A DNA stretch of 64,000 nucleotides from IMG/VR virus record IMGVR_UViG_3300016472_000923. One strand, 5' to 3'. Of the stretch, positions 46,155-55,501 are shown one piece after another; position 1 is the stretch's first letter, and every line of letters starts with the position of its first letter. The DNA comes from a virus. Position numbers and translations under genes: made by a program. A model generated the notes under the pieces. That model was not told where the DNA came from and searched no databases. It saw only the letters and a list, made by a program, of their open reading frames with translations.

Positions 46155-47005
46155 CGATTCAATACACGCCAGGCTGTACCATCTGCCATTTCCTGGAAGG
46201 TAAATTGGCTGTAACTAAGGTGTCGCATCCAGGCTTCTCGTTCGTCATCACTGGGTATCTTGGGATTTTCTACTGCTGCGAGATCTTGGCTACAAACTAC
46301 CGAAGCTGCATTGGGTCCTAGACAGATGGCAGGCTTGCCCAGCATCACTGCTTCACATGCGGCCACGCTGTTGTAGGTAATGAGACAATGCACGTCATCG
46401 GCCAGGGCTTCTTCTATGGTATCTACCTTCATGCGTTCTTGTCTGGGTCTCTTGAGCCTTATTTCAATGGGGCGATCGGTCAAGGTCTTCAACTGATCCC
46501 GGACCTGGGCCACCCATGTTTCAGGATGCATGTCCCACAGGGTGAGACTTTTTTCACTGGGTGGAGCTATTAGTATCTTGCGTCCAGGATAGAAAGGTCG
46601 TATTTTTACGCCCACACATCGGTCTAGCCTGGACCTATCTCTGGCCATGATCGGTCGGATGTCATGCACATGGTTCTTGATGATACGGAACCAGGTTTTC
46701 TTCACAGAGTTTCCGAAGTATCCATTGTCGATGTAATAGAAAGTGCGTCCTGTTTCCCAACAGTATTGCACAGATCTGCCCAGTTTCATACCTCTGATGC
46801 ACCAAGGATGTGACTGGGGCAGGTGCCAGGCAGCCTGCGAACTCATGACCATACCATCACACCCTCGGGCAAATGTGTCCGCGAATATGGCTTGACGATG
46901 TTTGCGCGGATGTGCCTCCATCTTGCGATCCAAACACAGCACTTGTGTGGGATACCGGCAAGGATCAATTATCACTTCCGGTTTCATTGAGATTTCTGCA
47001 AACAA
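46151..47005 (-). CDS. KpsS/KpsC-like GT-B protein, paralog 5
   Basis: YIDNGY, YNSVAACEAVMLGKP and WMRHLSYSQFT motifs. Confidence 0.6.
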   Translation of the reverse strand: MFAEISMKPEVIIDPCRYPTQVLCLDRKMEAHPRKHRQAIFADTFARGCDGMVMSSQAAWHLPQSHPWCIRGMKLGRSVQYCWETGRTFYYIDNGYFGNSVKKTWFRIIKNHVHDIRPIMARDRSRLDRCVGVKIRPFYPGRKILIAPPSEKSLTLWDMHPETWVAQVRDQLKTLTDRPIEIRLKRPRQERMKVDTIEEALADDVHCLITYNSVAACEAVMLGKPAICLGPNAASVVCSQDLAAVENPKIPSDDEREAWMRHLSYSQFTFQEMADGTAWRVLNR

Positions 47006-47667
47006 TAATCTGTGAGCATGCGTTCACGATGCCATTCTTCAGCCTGGGGTGTGTCAGCGAATTCATGGAAACAAGGGGTGCCCAAAGTGTAATGCAAGAG
47101 TTTGGCATCTGGATTTGGTCCAAATTCATCCGGTAACCAGTTCCACACAGGGTCCAAGGACTGGATGCGATCGTTATCGATCCACGAGAACCTGTGCAGG
47201 AAACTGCCGGGTTGTTTTTGAACGAATTCTGGCGTGAGTTGCTTGTTGGGATAGGTCTGACAGTCCCATACGATCACTGATGACCAGTTCTTCCTGGGGT
47301 AGTTTTCGTTCTTGCTGCCCAGGTATTTTTCAGTCATCCTAGTCTGATAGTCATGCTTGACCACTGCCACATCCATGCCTATCTCCAGGCTCTCATACAA
47401 TTCTACAATGTCACTGCGCACGATCATGTCACCATCGATGAAGATAGCACGACCGTGGAAATTCATGAGATATGGTACCAAGAAACGACTGTAGATAAAT
47501 TGATTGCTACCATCGGTGTGCGTTTCTTGATAGTCCTGGAAAAGGTTCAAAGCTATGGGTATGATGGCCACCGGTGAGGATGCTGTTCTTATAATAGAAT
47601 TGGCACATACATGATAGGCCACAGCCTCTCTTGGGTCGTATCCAACAAACACAGGGATAGGCTTCAA
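46984..47667 (-). CDS. Glycosyltransferase (GT8-like)
   Basis: FVGYDPRE, SRFLVP, FIDGD, YPRKNWSS and HYTLGTP motifs. Confidence 0.82.
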   Translation of the reverse strand: MKPIPVFVGYDPREAVAYHVCANSIIRTASSPVAIIPIALNLFQDYQETHTDGSNQFIYSRFLVPYLMNFHGRAIFIDGDMIVRSDIVELYESLEIGMDVAVVKHDYQTRMTEKYLGSKNENYPRKNWSSVIVWDCQTYPNKQLTPEFVQKQPGSFLHRFSWIDNDRIQSLDPVWNWLPDEFGPNPDAKLLHYTLGTPCFHEFADTPQAEEWHRERMLTDYCLQKSQ

Positions 47668-48431
47668 ATCTTTTGCCTTTCGATATCTTCTTCTTCGCAG
47701 CGATCGCCGTACTGTATTTCCACTATCTTCAGTGGATTAGGATCTTCGTTGACCAACTGATGCCAATCGTGCATACCGATGTGTAGGTACTGATGACGTT
47801 GATATCGGCCTTGCAATTCCATGTCTGTGCTGCGGTTCAATGTGTATACTGTGGCTTCTCCCGAGGCCACCAACCAGAATTCTGATCTTTGCTGGTGCCG
47901 TTGCATGCTGAGAGCAGCGCCGGGTTCCACTGTGAGTTCTTTGACTTTGACGCCCGGACCCTCATGCAACACACGATAATATCCCCAAGGGCGACGAGTC
48001 TGTGGTGCTTTCCATTCTTCAAGTATCCATGAGCTAGAATTGGCTTTGTTAAACCCGCCTACACCAAACACAAATTTGATGTTGTCGTCTACAACGTCCA
48101 TCTCTGGGATATTGTCGTTGGTACGGTCGCCTCCGTTGGCGAAGATGATCCGGTCTTGTGGATAACTGGCCCGCACCAAGCGTATGGCATCCTTGGCCGA
48201 GCCGTCGCTGTCGTCGAAATCAATGACGAAATCCACGCCTACTATGTTACGCAAGATCGTGGCACGCTCTTTTACGGGCATGAAACTCCGACCTTTTTTG
48301 CGAGTGAGCCAGGCATCACTGTTGACTCCTACCACTAGGATATCGCCCAGGGCCTTGGCCTCTTGGATGTATTTGATATGTCCGCTGTGGACTGGATCAA
48401 ATCCGCCGGTTATCAGTACTATGTTCTTCAT
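47664..48431 (-). CDS. Cytidylyltransferase fused to mannose-6-phosphate isomerase-type cupin
   Basis: GGFDPVHSGH and ANGGDR; RPWG, LSMQRH..RSEFW and EIQYG..EEDIER motifs. Confidence 0.9.
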   Translation of the reverse strand: MKNIVLITGGFDPVHSGHIKYIQEAKALGDILVVGVNSDAWLTRKKGRSFMPVKERATILRNIVGVDFVIDFDDSDGSAKDAIRLVRASYPQDRIIFANGGDRTNDNIPEMDVVDDNIKFVFGVGGFNKANSSSWILEEWKAPQTRRPWGYYRVLHEGPGVKVKELTVEPGAALSMQRHQQRSEFWLVASGEATVYTLNRSTDMELQGRYQRHQYLHIGMHDWHQLVNEDPNPLKIVEIQYGDRCEEEDIERQKI

Positions 48432-48465
48432 TGGGATATTTATAGGTAGTTAATGGGTAGAGATT

Positions 48466-49125
48466 TCAATTCTTTGTAGTGGATTTGATAGGTTGTAGTG
48501 CTGTGAAATAGGGGCGGTACACCCTCAACCAAGGAAAAAGTTGGCGGCACATGATGGCGTCATTGGGCCACCATCCCACTTGATCCTGTGCTTCAATGAC
48601 CTGCTGTGCTGCCCAAGGCTGTATGACATAGGCACTGTGGCCAGGTAGGCCCTGGGGTATCGAAGAATCGGCGACCCAAGGTACTTCGTTTTCCCCGTCG
48701 ATCAATTGATCATGATAATGATCTGCGTTAAATGTGGCTCTGCGGGGATCGTTAATGGACAGGGCACCGGCTTGCCAATGTTCTAAATCAAATCGTCGGC
48801 AAAACACAGCATCATGTTCCAAGATGCAGATGGGTTGGTCCAATTCCACACATTTTTCCCACAATCGATAATGGCTCTGGGCGCAGGCTATTCTCTTCCT
48901 CACATCTGCGTTTTTATAAGCCCGGAGTTCCAACCCAGTCCGACAACAGATCTGCTTTTTCGTGGTGGGCCAGCGCCACTCACAATCAAACAAGGTGTCT
49001 GGAGTGATCGCTGGCCAGATCTCTGGTGTTAATTTGCTTTGGGTTGCACGGATAGACTCTATACAACGATCAGCGGCCGCTTGGCTGACAGCATCGTGAA
49101 CCAGGGTGATCACGAAAGCCCGCAT
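48466..49125 (-). CDS. Glycosyltransferase family 25-like
   Basis: ACAQSHYRLW, ILEHDA and AYVI.P.AA motifs. Confidence 0.8.
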   Translation of the reverse strand: MRAFVITLVHDAVSQAAADRCIESIRATQSKLTPEIWPAITPDTLFDCEWRWPTTKKQICCRTGLELRAYKNADVRKRIACAQSHYRLWEKCVELDQPICILEHDAVFCRRFDLEHWQAGALSINDPRRATFNADHYHDQLIDGENEVPWVADSSIPQGLPGHSAYVIQPWAAQQVIEAQDQVGWWPNDAIMCRQLFPWLRVYRPYFTALQPIKSTTKN

Positions 49126-49128
49126 GAT

Positions 49129-49626
49129 CTATTTTTCTGCCACAGCGTAGAATGAGTGATTGAGATCATGCCCGGGCGTGACGAATATCTTGTTATAACC
49201 TCTTGACACCAGATAATCTTCCAGATGTTGAGGTTCTAGCACGCTGACATGTTTGCGATTGTTCCATGGCCGCCAGTAGGTCTGGCTGTAGTGAGGAAGA
49301 TAAAGGAACAGCACACCGCCTTTTCTCAGTCTGGTACCCCAGTGATCCAAGGCCCGTACCCAATCTGGCAAATGCTCTAGGCAATGGCTGCTGAAGATAT
49401 AATCAAACACATCATTGGGCAGATCATAGGCATCGGTATTGACATCGATGTTAGGATCGATCATGATGGCTCCGGGCAAAGCCCATTCTGGGCGATTGCA
49501 TCCTATGTCAAGACCTCGACCACGACACAGCCGCTGGGCAAATGGCCAGGCGAACTGCGCAGCGAAACCTTCGCTTTGGAATCGAGGATAGTCTTGACCT
49601 TGATGTTGTATGGTTTCAATAGTCAT
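49129..49626 (-). CDS. SAM-dependent methyltransferase
   Basis: LDIGC, FDYIFSSHCLEH and L.KGG motifs. Confidence 0.85.
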   Translation of the reverse strand: MTIETIQHQGQDYPRFQSEGFAAQFAWPFAQRLCRGRGLDIGCNRPEWALPGAIMIDPNIDVNTDAYDLPNDVFDYIFSSHCLEHLPDWVRALDHWGTRLRKGGVLFLYLPHYSQTYWRPWNNRKHVSVLEPQHLEDYLVSRGYNKIFVTPGHDLNHSFYAVAEK

Positions 49627-50389
49627 TGATATGACATCCGTGATCTCTGGCCATTTTCAAATGGTGTTCCCAGTCTGTTTCTGGCCGGTTGGTATAAAGG
49701 TAAATGTTCTTGGGTTCAAAATACATCTGAGCCATGTGCATGTAACCGCTATCTACTCCGATGTGATACTGAGCACGACTCATGGCATACCCGGCATAAG
49801 TGGCTCGGCGCAATCTAGGATCTCGTGCCTGACCTCCTACAGTGACGATTTCGCAACCCAGTGCTTGGAATTTTTCTTTGATGCGTTGCAACTGGTCTGA
49901 CTGTAAATGTCTTTTTTTGCTAGAAGCATCTACCTGGCACGTGGCAAATCGTTCAGGAAGATCCAAGGGTTCCGGTATGGCCCGGCCTGGTAGTCGAGCA
50001 TAGTTGGCCATGTATGCATCTACGAAAAAACTGGGCTGGAGCACTTTCTGCAACCTACCAGGATATTTTTCGTAGTAATGCAACACAGCATCCGGATACT
50101 TCTGTTGCACCAGATCCAGGAAATCTCTGTCGGTATATGATCTATCGCGAGTGTTATGACACTCCACCGACACAGAACCGTGGGGAAATAGCTCCAGGAC
50201 TTCGGCCCAGATCTGTGGTTTGTCTCGATTGTTTTGATGACTGGCTATGTGTAATGTAGCAGGTTCGCCATGGGCTTGTCCATACAGATAGGTCAGCAGA
50301 CAACTATGGACGATGTCGCCGAATCCGGGACAACTGTACATGAGATCTGGAATCCTGGTGCTCCAGTATCTTTGAACCACGTGTTTCAT
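49616..50389 (-). CDS. Glycosyltransferase (GT9/GT11-like)
   Basis: GFGD and HIGVDSGYMHMA motifs. Confidence 0.6.
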   Translation of the reverse strand: MKHVVQRYWSTRIPDLMYSCPGFGDIVHSCLLTYLYGQAHGEPATLHIASHQNNRDKPQIWAEVLELFPHGSVSVECHNTRDRSYTDRDFLDLVQQKYPDAVLHYYEKYPGRLQKVLQPSFFVDAYMANYARLPGRAIPEPLDLPERFATCQVDASSKKRHLQSDQLQRIKEKFQALGCEIVTVGGQARDPRLRRATYAGYAMSRAQYHIGVDSGYMHMAQMYFEPKNIYLYTNRPETDWEHHLKMARDHGCHINDY

Positions 50390-50946
50390 AACTGTGTTCT
50401 TTCTATCACAGCATATCCAAAACTGCGGTCGTCATAGATCAGATATTTCCATTGTGTATTTTTAATCACGAACCGGTCTATGACATCTTTGATCGGGGGA
50501 TATTTGGCATCATGAAACACTATGTATTTTCTCACATGAGAAGCATGTAGCCGTAGTTCTTGAATCACATGCTTGGCATCATGCAAACTATCTACCAGCA
50601 TCATATCCACATCAGTGAAGACCATGTTGGGATCAACGCTGGAGGTTTGATTGAGATTGAGCGCACCAGAGAAATCTTTGAACACATGCTGGTGTGGTAC
50701 AAGTCTTTCAAAAGTCACATCTATCAACTCAACAAACTTCATGTTGGGATTTCCTAACATCGCTGCAGCCGCACTGACTCCTTGGAAAGCACCCAGCTCC
50801 TTGTAACTGTCGCAGTATTGGGCCAATCGTTTGATCTCTTCCCAGTAAAGCACGAAATGCTCACCGTATTGTGCAGTGAACTGCACACAGGCCTGATCAT
50901 ACAGTTCTTGTAGGCTACGGCATTGAGAAAAATCTGGGTGTATCAT
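50386..50946 (-). CDS. Methyltransferase (Methyltransf_24-like)
   Basis: ELGAFQGVS, LVDSLH and IVFHD motifs. Confidence 0.75.
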   Translation of the reverse strand: MIHPDFSQCRSLQELYDQACVQFTAQYGEHFVLYWEEIKRLAQYCDSYKELGAFQGVSAAAAMLGNPNMKFVELIDVTFERLVPHQHVFKDFSGALNLNQTSSVDPNMVFTDVDMMLVDSLHDAKHVIQELRLHASHVRKYIVFHDAKYPPIKDVIDRFVIKNTQWKYLIYDDRSFGYAVIERTQL

Positions 50947-50947
50947 A

Positions 50948-51523
50948 TCAGAGATTCAAAACATATACTCTGCAAGGACAACGACCTTTGATACCTGTGG
51001 TGTCAAAGGTGGTTGACAGAACAAGGCCCAATTCATTAAATATTTCTCTCAGTTCCGGGTCATGTATCTCCAATGGATCAGAAGCTCGGGCATAATTGTC
51101 TTCTGGCGCATAAGCATGTTCTACATACAAGGTACCGCCGGGGGCCAATTGATCTGCCCATGTTCTCAGTGCCAGCACAGGATCGTAGGAATGATCTATA
51201 GCATTGCTGTAAACGATGTCCATGGTACCGGTCCAATCCAGATTTACTTCATGGAAATCCCATTGCACAGTCATGGGAAACTGATCAGCGGTGGGACTGA
51301 TCTCAGTTCCCATGATCCAGGCCGCAGGAAAAAACTCTTGGAAATATCGTTGTTCCGCGGCATTCCTGGTGCCATGGCAAAGTATACGGTGCGCATGGTC
51401 ATGTCTGGCAGAGATGGTTTTGATCGTGTGACGATCTACCCAGACATTCTTGATTTTGCGTACATTGGCCTCGACCTGGGCCGCTACATACTCCTCGTGA
51501 TTCTTGTATTGGTAGATTTTCAT
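50948..51523 (-). CDS. Methyltransferase-like protein
   Basis: CHGTRN, DFH, DIVYSNAIDH and LAPGG motifs. Probable start MKIYQY (track start 51625). Confidence 0.7.
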   Translation of the reverse strand: MKIYQYKNHEEYVAAQVEANVRKIKNVWVDRHTIKTISARHDHAHRILCHGTRNAAEQRYFQEFFPAAWIMGTEISPTADQFPMTVQWDFHEVNLDWTGTMDIVYSNAIDHSYDPVLALRTWADQLAPGGTLYVEHAYAPEDNYARASDPLEIHDPELREIFNELGLVLSTTFDTTGIKGRCPCRVYVLNL

Positions 51524-52095
51524 GCGGAAGTCAAAGGAATTTTTACATAGACTTTTTTGGTGGCACTTACTATGTACTGATCGCCAAACATTTCTTTGAT
51601 GGCCTGCATGGTGCCAGGAATCCAATCAACCACATCATCGAACCAAATCACGCCGCCTGGCACCATCATAGGCAGTATGTGAGCTACACTGTTTTTGATA
51701 GCTCGGTATTGGTCACAATCGATGTGTGCAAACGCTATGGCGGGCATGGGCACGGCGCTGTCAGGAAATATACCCTTGATCACTGTGGCGTAAGGTAGCT
51801 GAGAGCGTACTGTTTCATAGTCAGTGTCACTGAAGTCACCCACTTTGTGATGATCTATATCGTCCTTGAACGGAATACCTTCAAATGTATCATACAAGAA
51901 TACCTGACGATTCTGTTTTTTAGCTACCTCACAAAGGTGCCAAGCAGTGCCTCCTTGATACACACCTACCTCCATGAAACAGCCCGGTGGAGTAGCTGCT
52001 GCTACTTCTCTCATTTCAGTTATGACCTTGCCCTGTACCTTGGTAGGTAAAGCATCAGGATAATATTTTTTCATGTATTTGTCGTTACCGCCCAT
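51520..52095 (-). CDS. TylF/MycF-type sugar O-methyltransferase
   Basis: EVGVYQGG, DTFEG, HIDCDQY and GGVIWFDD motifs. Confidence 0.85.
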   Translation of the reverse strand: MGGNDKYMKKYYPDALPTKVQGKVITEMREVAAATPPGCFMEVGVYQGGTAWHLCEVAKKQNRQVFLYDTFEGIPFKDDIDHHKVGDFSDTDYETVRSQLPYATVIKGIFPDSAVPMPAIAFAHIDCDQYRAIKNSVAHILPMMVPGGVIWFDDVVDWIPGTMQAIKEMFGDQYIVSATKKVYVKIPLTSA

Positions 52096-52124
52096 GTTTT
52101 TCCTTGTTCGTTATGTAGGTATAT

Positions 52125-52925
52125 TTAGCCCGTGGATTCGCCGATGATTCGCATGAGTTGTGGCACATTCTCACCGCGAGCCGGTAGCAGATCTTTGAGG
52201 AAGAAATGTATGAAATGTGCCTGAGTCAAGCAATTGTCTGGTACGGCTTTGTACAAGGTGTTCCATTTCCAATCTAGATTCAGACGAGGCATGTTGGTTT
52301 TCTTGACCCACCAGTTTAACAACATCTGGTCGGTGCTCCAGCGGAAATATCCCATGCCATCGATAAAATCTTGGAATTCAGGCCTGGACAGAAATTCCTT
52401 GGGTGTCTGTCCGTTGAGGTAAGGAGCGAATGTTTCCGAGTTGATGACCATCATGCCCATGTTGTAAAATTCTGCCCCGACAGAATTCCACAGCCAATCT
52501 ACATCTGACAACTGGCCGAATGCGGCTCGACTGTATTTGGTTATCTTGGATCGATGTTTGTCTGTGCAAGGTAGATCTCGCTCGGCAACTGCCCCAAAGG
52601 CTTGGCCTAGAGGAAGATACTCAAAGATATCAGGAGCTGTGTTGCGTATAAGGATATCGCTGTCGACCACTGCTATTTGATCAAACTGATCAATGTACGC
52701 GAATGCGTTCTCTTTTTCGAATATGGGCAAGTATCCCAGGCGTTCCACTGCTTCGCGGCTGCGCTGAGTGCGATCCATGTCTGGCCGTATTTTCAATATA
52801 GGTTCGCGTTGTACGATATGCTGTATTCCGTGCCGACGACAGTATTCAGCCACACTGGCCACGCACCGATCATACAATGCGCTGGGCTGGCCAACATATA
52901 CCTGGTATATCATCCGGCGGCTCAT
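52125..52925 (-). CDS. Glycosyltransferase (GT8-like)
   Basis: VDSDI, NMGMM, DQMLLN, WN and IHFF motifs. Confidence 0.78.
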   Translation of the reverse strand: MSRRMIYQVYVGQPSALYDRCVASVAEYCRRHGIQHIVQREPILKIRPDMDRTQRSREAVERLGYLPIFEKENAFAYIDQFDQIAVVDSDILIRNTAPDIFEYLPLGQAFGAVAERDLPCTDKHRSKITKYSRAAFGQLSDVDWLWNSVGAEFYNMGMMVINSETFAPYLNGQTPKEFLSRPEFQDFIDGMGYFRWSTDQMLLNWWVKKTNMPRLNLDWKWNTLYKAVPDNCLTQAHFIHFFLKDLLPARGENVPQLMRIIGESTG

Positions 52926-53503
52926 TGTAGATCTCTCGTAAAACTGAATGGGTTCTGCCGGACTTGGACTCTTCGGTCAAGATCAAACTTGACATCCACT
53001 ATACCATCACACAACATCCAGTCAGCAGGCATGGCTCCATTGGCCTGAACCCAGTTCAAGATCCTGTCGGCACCCAGTGGTGTGATCACATAGGCCCTGG
53101 CACCTTCCCACCACTGTCCAGCAGGTATGGGTTTACTAGGTCTGAATCCTTCAAATTTCAACACATGCTGGAAGTCATATTGTGTCGGTGGCGCACACAG
53201 GAATTCAACGTCGTGCTCGAATATCATGATAGGTCGATCTTGATTTCGGCAGAGATTCCATAACCGCCAGTGGCTCACAAAACAACCCTGTGTACCTGGC
53301 CGTTGCATGTACTTCACACATTTTTTATGGTCGGGATATATCTTGATGCCAAAGTCGGCCAAGGTCTGTTGGCGTCCGTCGGTGGCCTCGAAATATTCAA
53401 CCGGCCACTGGTAAGATTGTGCGGTATCATGCGCGTGTTGGCTCCATGCCCGGCTGTTATCAAAATGAGACAGTCTTATGATATATCCAGCGGGTCTCGC
53501 CAT
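52922..53503 (-). CDS. Glycosyltransferase family 25-like
   Basis: ATDG, GCFVSHWRLW, FEHD, AYVITP.GA and PAD motifs. Confidence 0.82.
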   Translation of the reverse strand: MARPAGYIIRLSHFDNSRAWSQHAHDTAQSYQWPVEYFEATDGRQQTLADFGIKIYPDHKKCVKYMQRPGTQGCFVSHWRLWNLCRNQDRPIMIFEHDVEFLCAPPTQYDFQHVLKFEGFRPSKPIPAGQWWEGARAYVITPLGADRILNWVQANGAMPADWMLCDGIVDVKFDLDRRVQVRQNPFSFTRDLQ

Positions 53504-54261
53504 TTCTCTAACCTATTAACAAATTCTGCTTGATTCTTTAGATCTCCTTTGCCGGTGAAAAAAATCATGTTCCTTTTTTCTCCCCAGGAGCACCAAAGCA
53601 CATCGATGGTTTCAAATTCAATTGTGGAAAAGATTTCTTTGAGTTTCCATTGATCCATAAACCAGAAGGCTCCTTGTTCAAACATTTCAATCAACCCATT
53701 TTTGAATCTTTGTCGGAAATCCATGCCGGCTTCTCCTAGCCCGAGACTGATGCAACTGGCCAGCAAGGAATCAGGATCTTTGGGCTTGCGTTGACCGCGT
53801 GGCAGGCTGGTGAGAGCTTCAAAGTCTTTCAGCAAAAAGGGACGACACAACACAGTATCTGCATCGACCTGTAACACATACTGGTTGTGTCTAAACAGAT
53901 CCGCCATACGCATGAATCTAGCACAACTGAAATATATCTTTTCTTTGATTTGATATTCGTCTTCGATTTTCAATATCTGCTGATTGCGATACTGACGTTT
54001 AGGATCTGGATTGAGTATGATGTTGTCAATGAAACTTTTGTCGATTATCTCGTAACTCACAGTCACTCTCGACTGTTTTTTTATTTGTGGGGGTTCATAA
54101 CATATGAGATGTACATGGACTTTGATCCATTCTACTTGTTCCAGAATACTGTTGATCAATGGAAGTACCATGCGCTGGTAATAGACCATGTCCGCAGACA
54201 CATAGATTATGTGCCGACCCAGTGGCTTATCGCCCTGTAAAGGTGGTAGTACGAATGCCAT
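53476..54261 (-). CDS. Glycosyltransferase-like protein
   Basis: ARF, VDAD, DQ and TGKG motifs. Confidence 0.55.
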   Translation of the reverse strand: MAFVLPPLQGDKPLGRHIIYVSADMVYYQRMVLPLINSILEQVEWIKVHVHLICYEPPQIKKQSRVTVSYEIIDKSFIDNIILNPDPKRQYRNQQILKIEDEYQIKEKIYFSCARFMRMADLFRHNQYVLQVDADTVLCRPFLLKDFEALTSLPRGQRKPKDPDSLLASCISLGLGEAGMDFRQRFKNGLIEMFEQGAFWFMDQWKLKEIFSTIEFETIDVLWCSWGEKRNMIFFTGKGDLKNQAEFVNRLEKWRDPLDIS

Positions 54262-54293
54262 GTTATTCCTTGAAACAAATATAGTTATGATCG

Positions 54294-55052
54294 TTAATAC
54301 TTGCGGTAATCAATCAAACTTTTATCTATCCAAGGAAGGGTGAGATCTCTCTGTCTAAGATATCCATGCTTCATGATGCCACGCACAGCAGATTCTGGCA
54401 ACAACCCGGACTCTGCCAACTCATACCAGGAAGTGGTCCTGGGATCTCGAGGTTGTTGATCACTGCGATAAACCACAGCGTGCAGCCACGGATCATCGGC
54501 CAACTTGCGGAAAAACCCGCTTGCACAATCCCATCCTGTAACAGCCAACATGTGGATCAGATTGACCAAAGTATAATGATAATATTGACCATTGTGTTGG
54601 TCAAAGGCCTGGGTGTTGAACTCGAGATTAGTGGTCTGAGGCACGACCAAACACAGCATGCCGCCAGGTTCCATGATTTCGCGCCATCGACGCAGAGTAG
54701 ACAAAGGGTCTAGCACATATTGGAAGCTGTCATGACACCATATGACATCAAATAATCTGGATCCCAGTGGGAGTTCTTTTTCAAAATCCTGTCGGATGTA
54801 TCGCACTCCCCGTAGACTCTCAATGGTCTTGGACTTATCCATGAGATCCACACCGGTACATTTGATCTCCAACGGCTTGGGATTTTCTAAATCTCGAGTG
54901 GTACGATTCGCCCACCAGGCAAGATCCAATCCTTCACCGCAGCCCATGTCGCACAGTGTGCCCACGCTCATCATGAAATCATCAAACTCGTAAAGAGTGT
55001 TTAAAGTTTTTAGAGCATGTTGATGACTGTCTTGGGCGCTACGGAACATCAT
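54294..55052 (-). CDS. SAM-dependent methyltransferase
   Basis: DMGCGEG, FDVIWCHD and MEPGG motifs. Start overlaps the uvsY stop (track start 55109). Confidence 0.8.
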   Translation of the reverse strand: MMFRSAQDSHQHALKTLNTLYEFDDFMMSVGTLCDMGCGEGLDLAWWANRTTRDLENPKPLEIKCTGVDLMDKSKTIESLRGVRYIRQDFEKELPLGSRLFDVIWCHDSFQYVLDPLSTLRRWREIMEPGGMLCLVVPQTTNLEFNTQAFDQHNGQYYHYTLVNLIHMLAVTGWDCASGFFRKLADDPWLHAVVYRSDQQPRDPRTTSWYELAESGLLPESAVRGIMKHGYLRQRDLTLPWIDKSLIDYRKY

Positions 55053-55501
55053 ACTTGGATGTCCTCCATGCCTGCAGTTCGCAGGCGCACGATATGGCCC
55101 ATCTGCCATTGTTTGGTATCAAGCCCTTTCATGATACCCAACCAACGATTGCGTAGCAAGGCCACTTCGTTGATTATGGTCTCAAAGTCTATGACTTCGT
55201 CCTCGCCGTCTACATACTTTTCGGCGTCGCGGCTGGTGAGTTGCCGGGCATAAGCTTCGAGATATTTTTGGAAATGACGACGACGGATTTTCCGCAGTTG
55301 TATATTGAGAAAATTCAGTATGGCTTCGATTTCTTGCAGTTGATTGAAACGATGCTCTGTGATACCAGGAAGCTCTTTGATGTTGTGTTCTACATAACCG
55401 CCGATCCTGCACTCGCGTTTGGCCTCCTCTAGCTCACGCTCATAATGCGCGATAAAGTCAGGAATGGAGCCAAGGTTAGCGACTACGCGACTATACCACA
55501 T
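55049..55501 (-). CDS. uvsY: Recombination mediator UvsY-like
   Basis: About 150 aa, helical; YLEAY..LTSRDAEKYVDGE and KQWQ motifs; near uvsX. Confidence 0.7.
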   Translation of the reverse strand: MWYSRVVANLGSIPDFIAHYERELEEAKRECRIGGYVEHNIKELPGITEHRFNQLQEIEAILNFLNIQLRKIRRRHFQKYLEAYARQLTSRDAEKYVDGEDEVIDFETIINEVALLRNRWLGIMKGLDTKQWQMGHIVRLRTAGMEDIQV

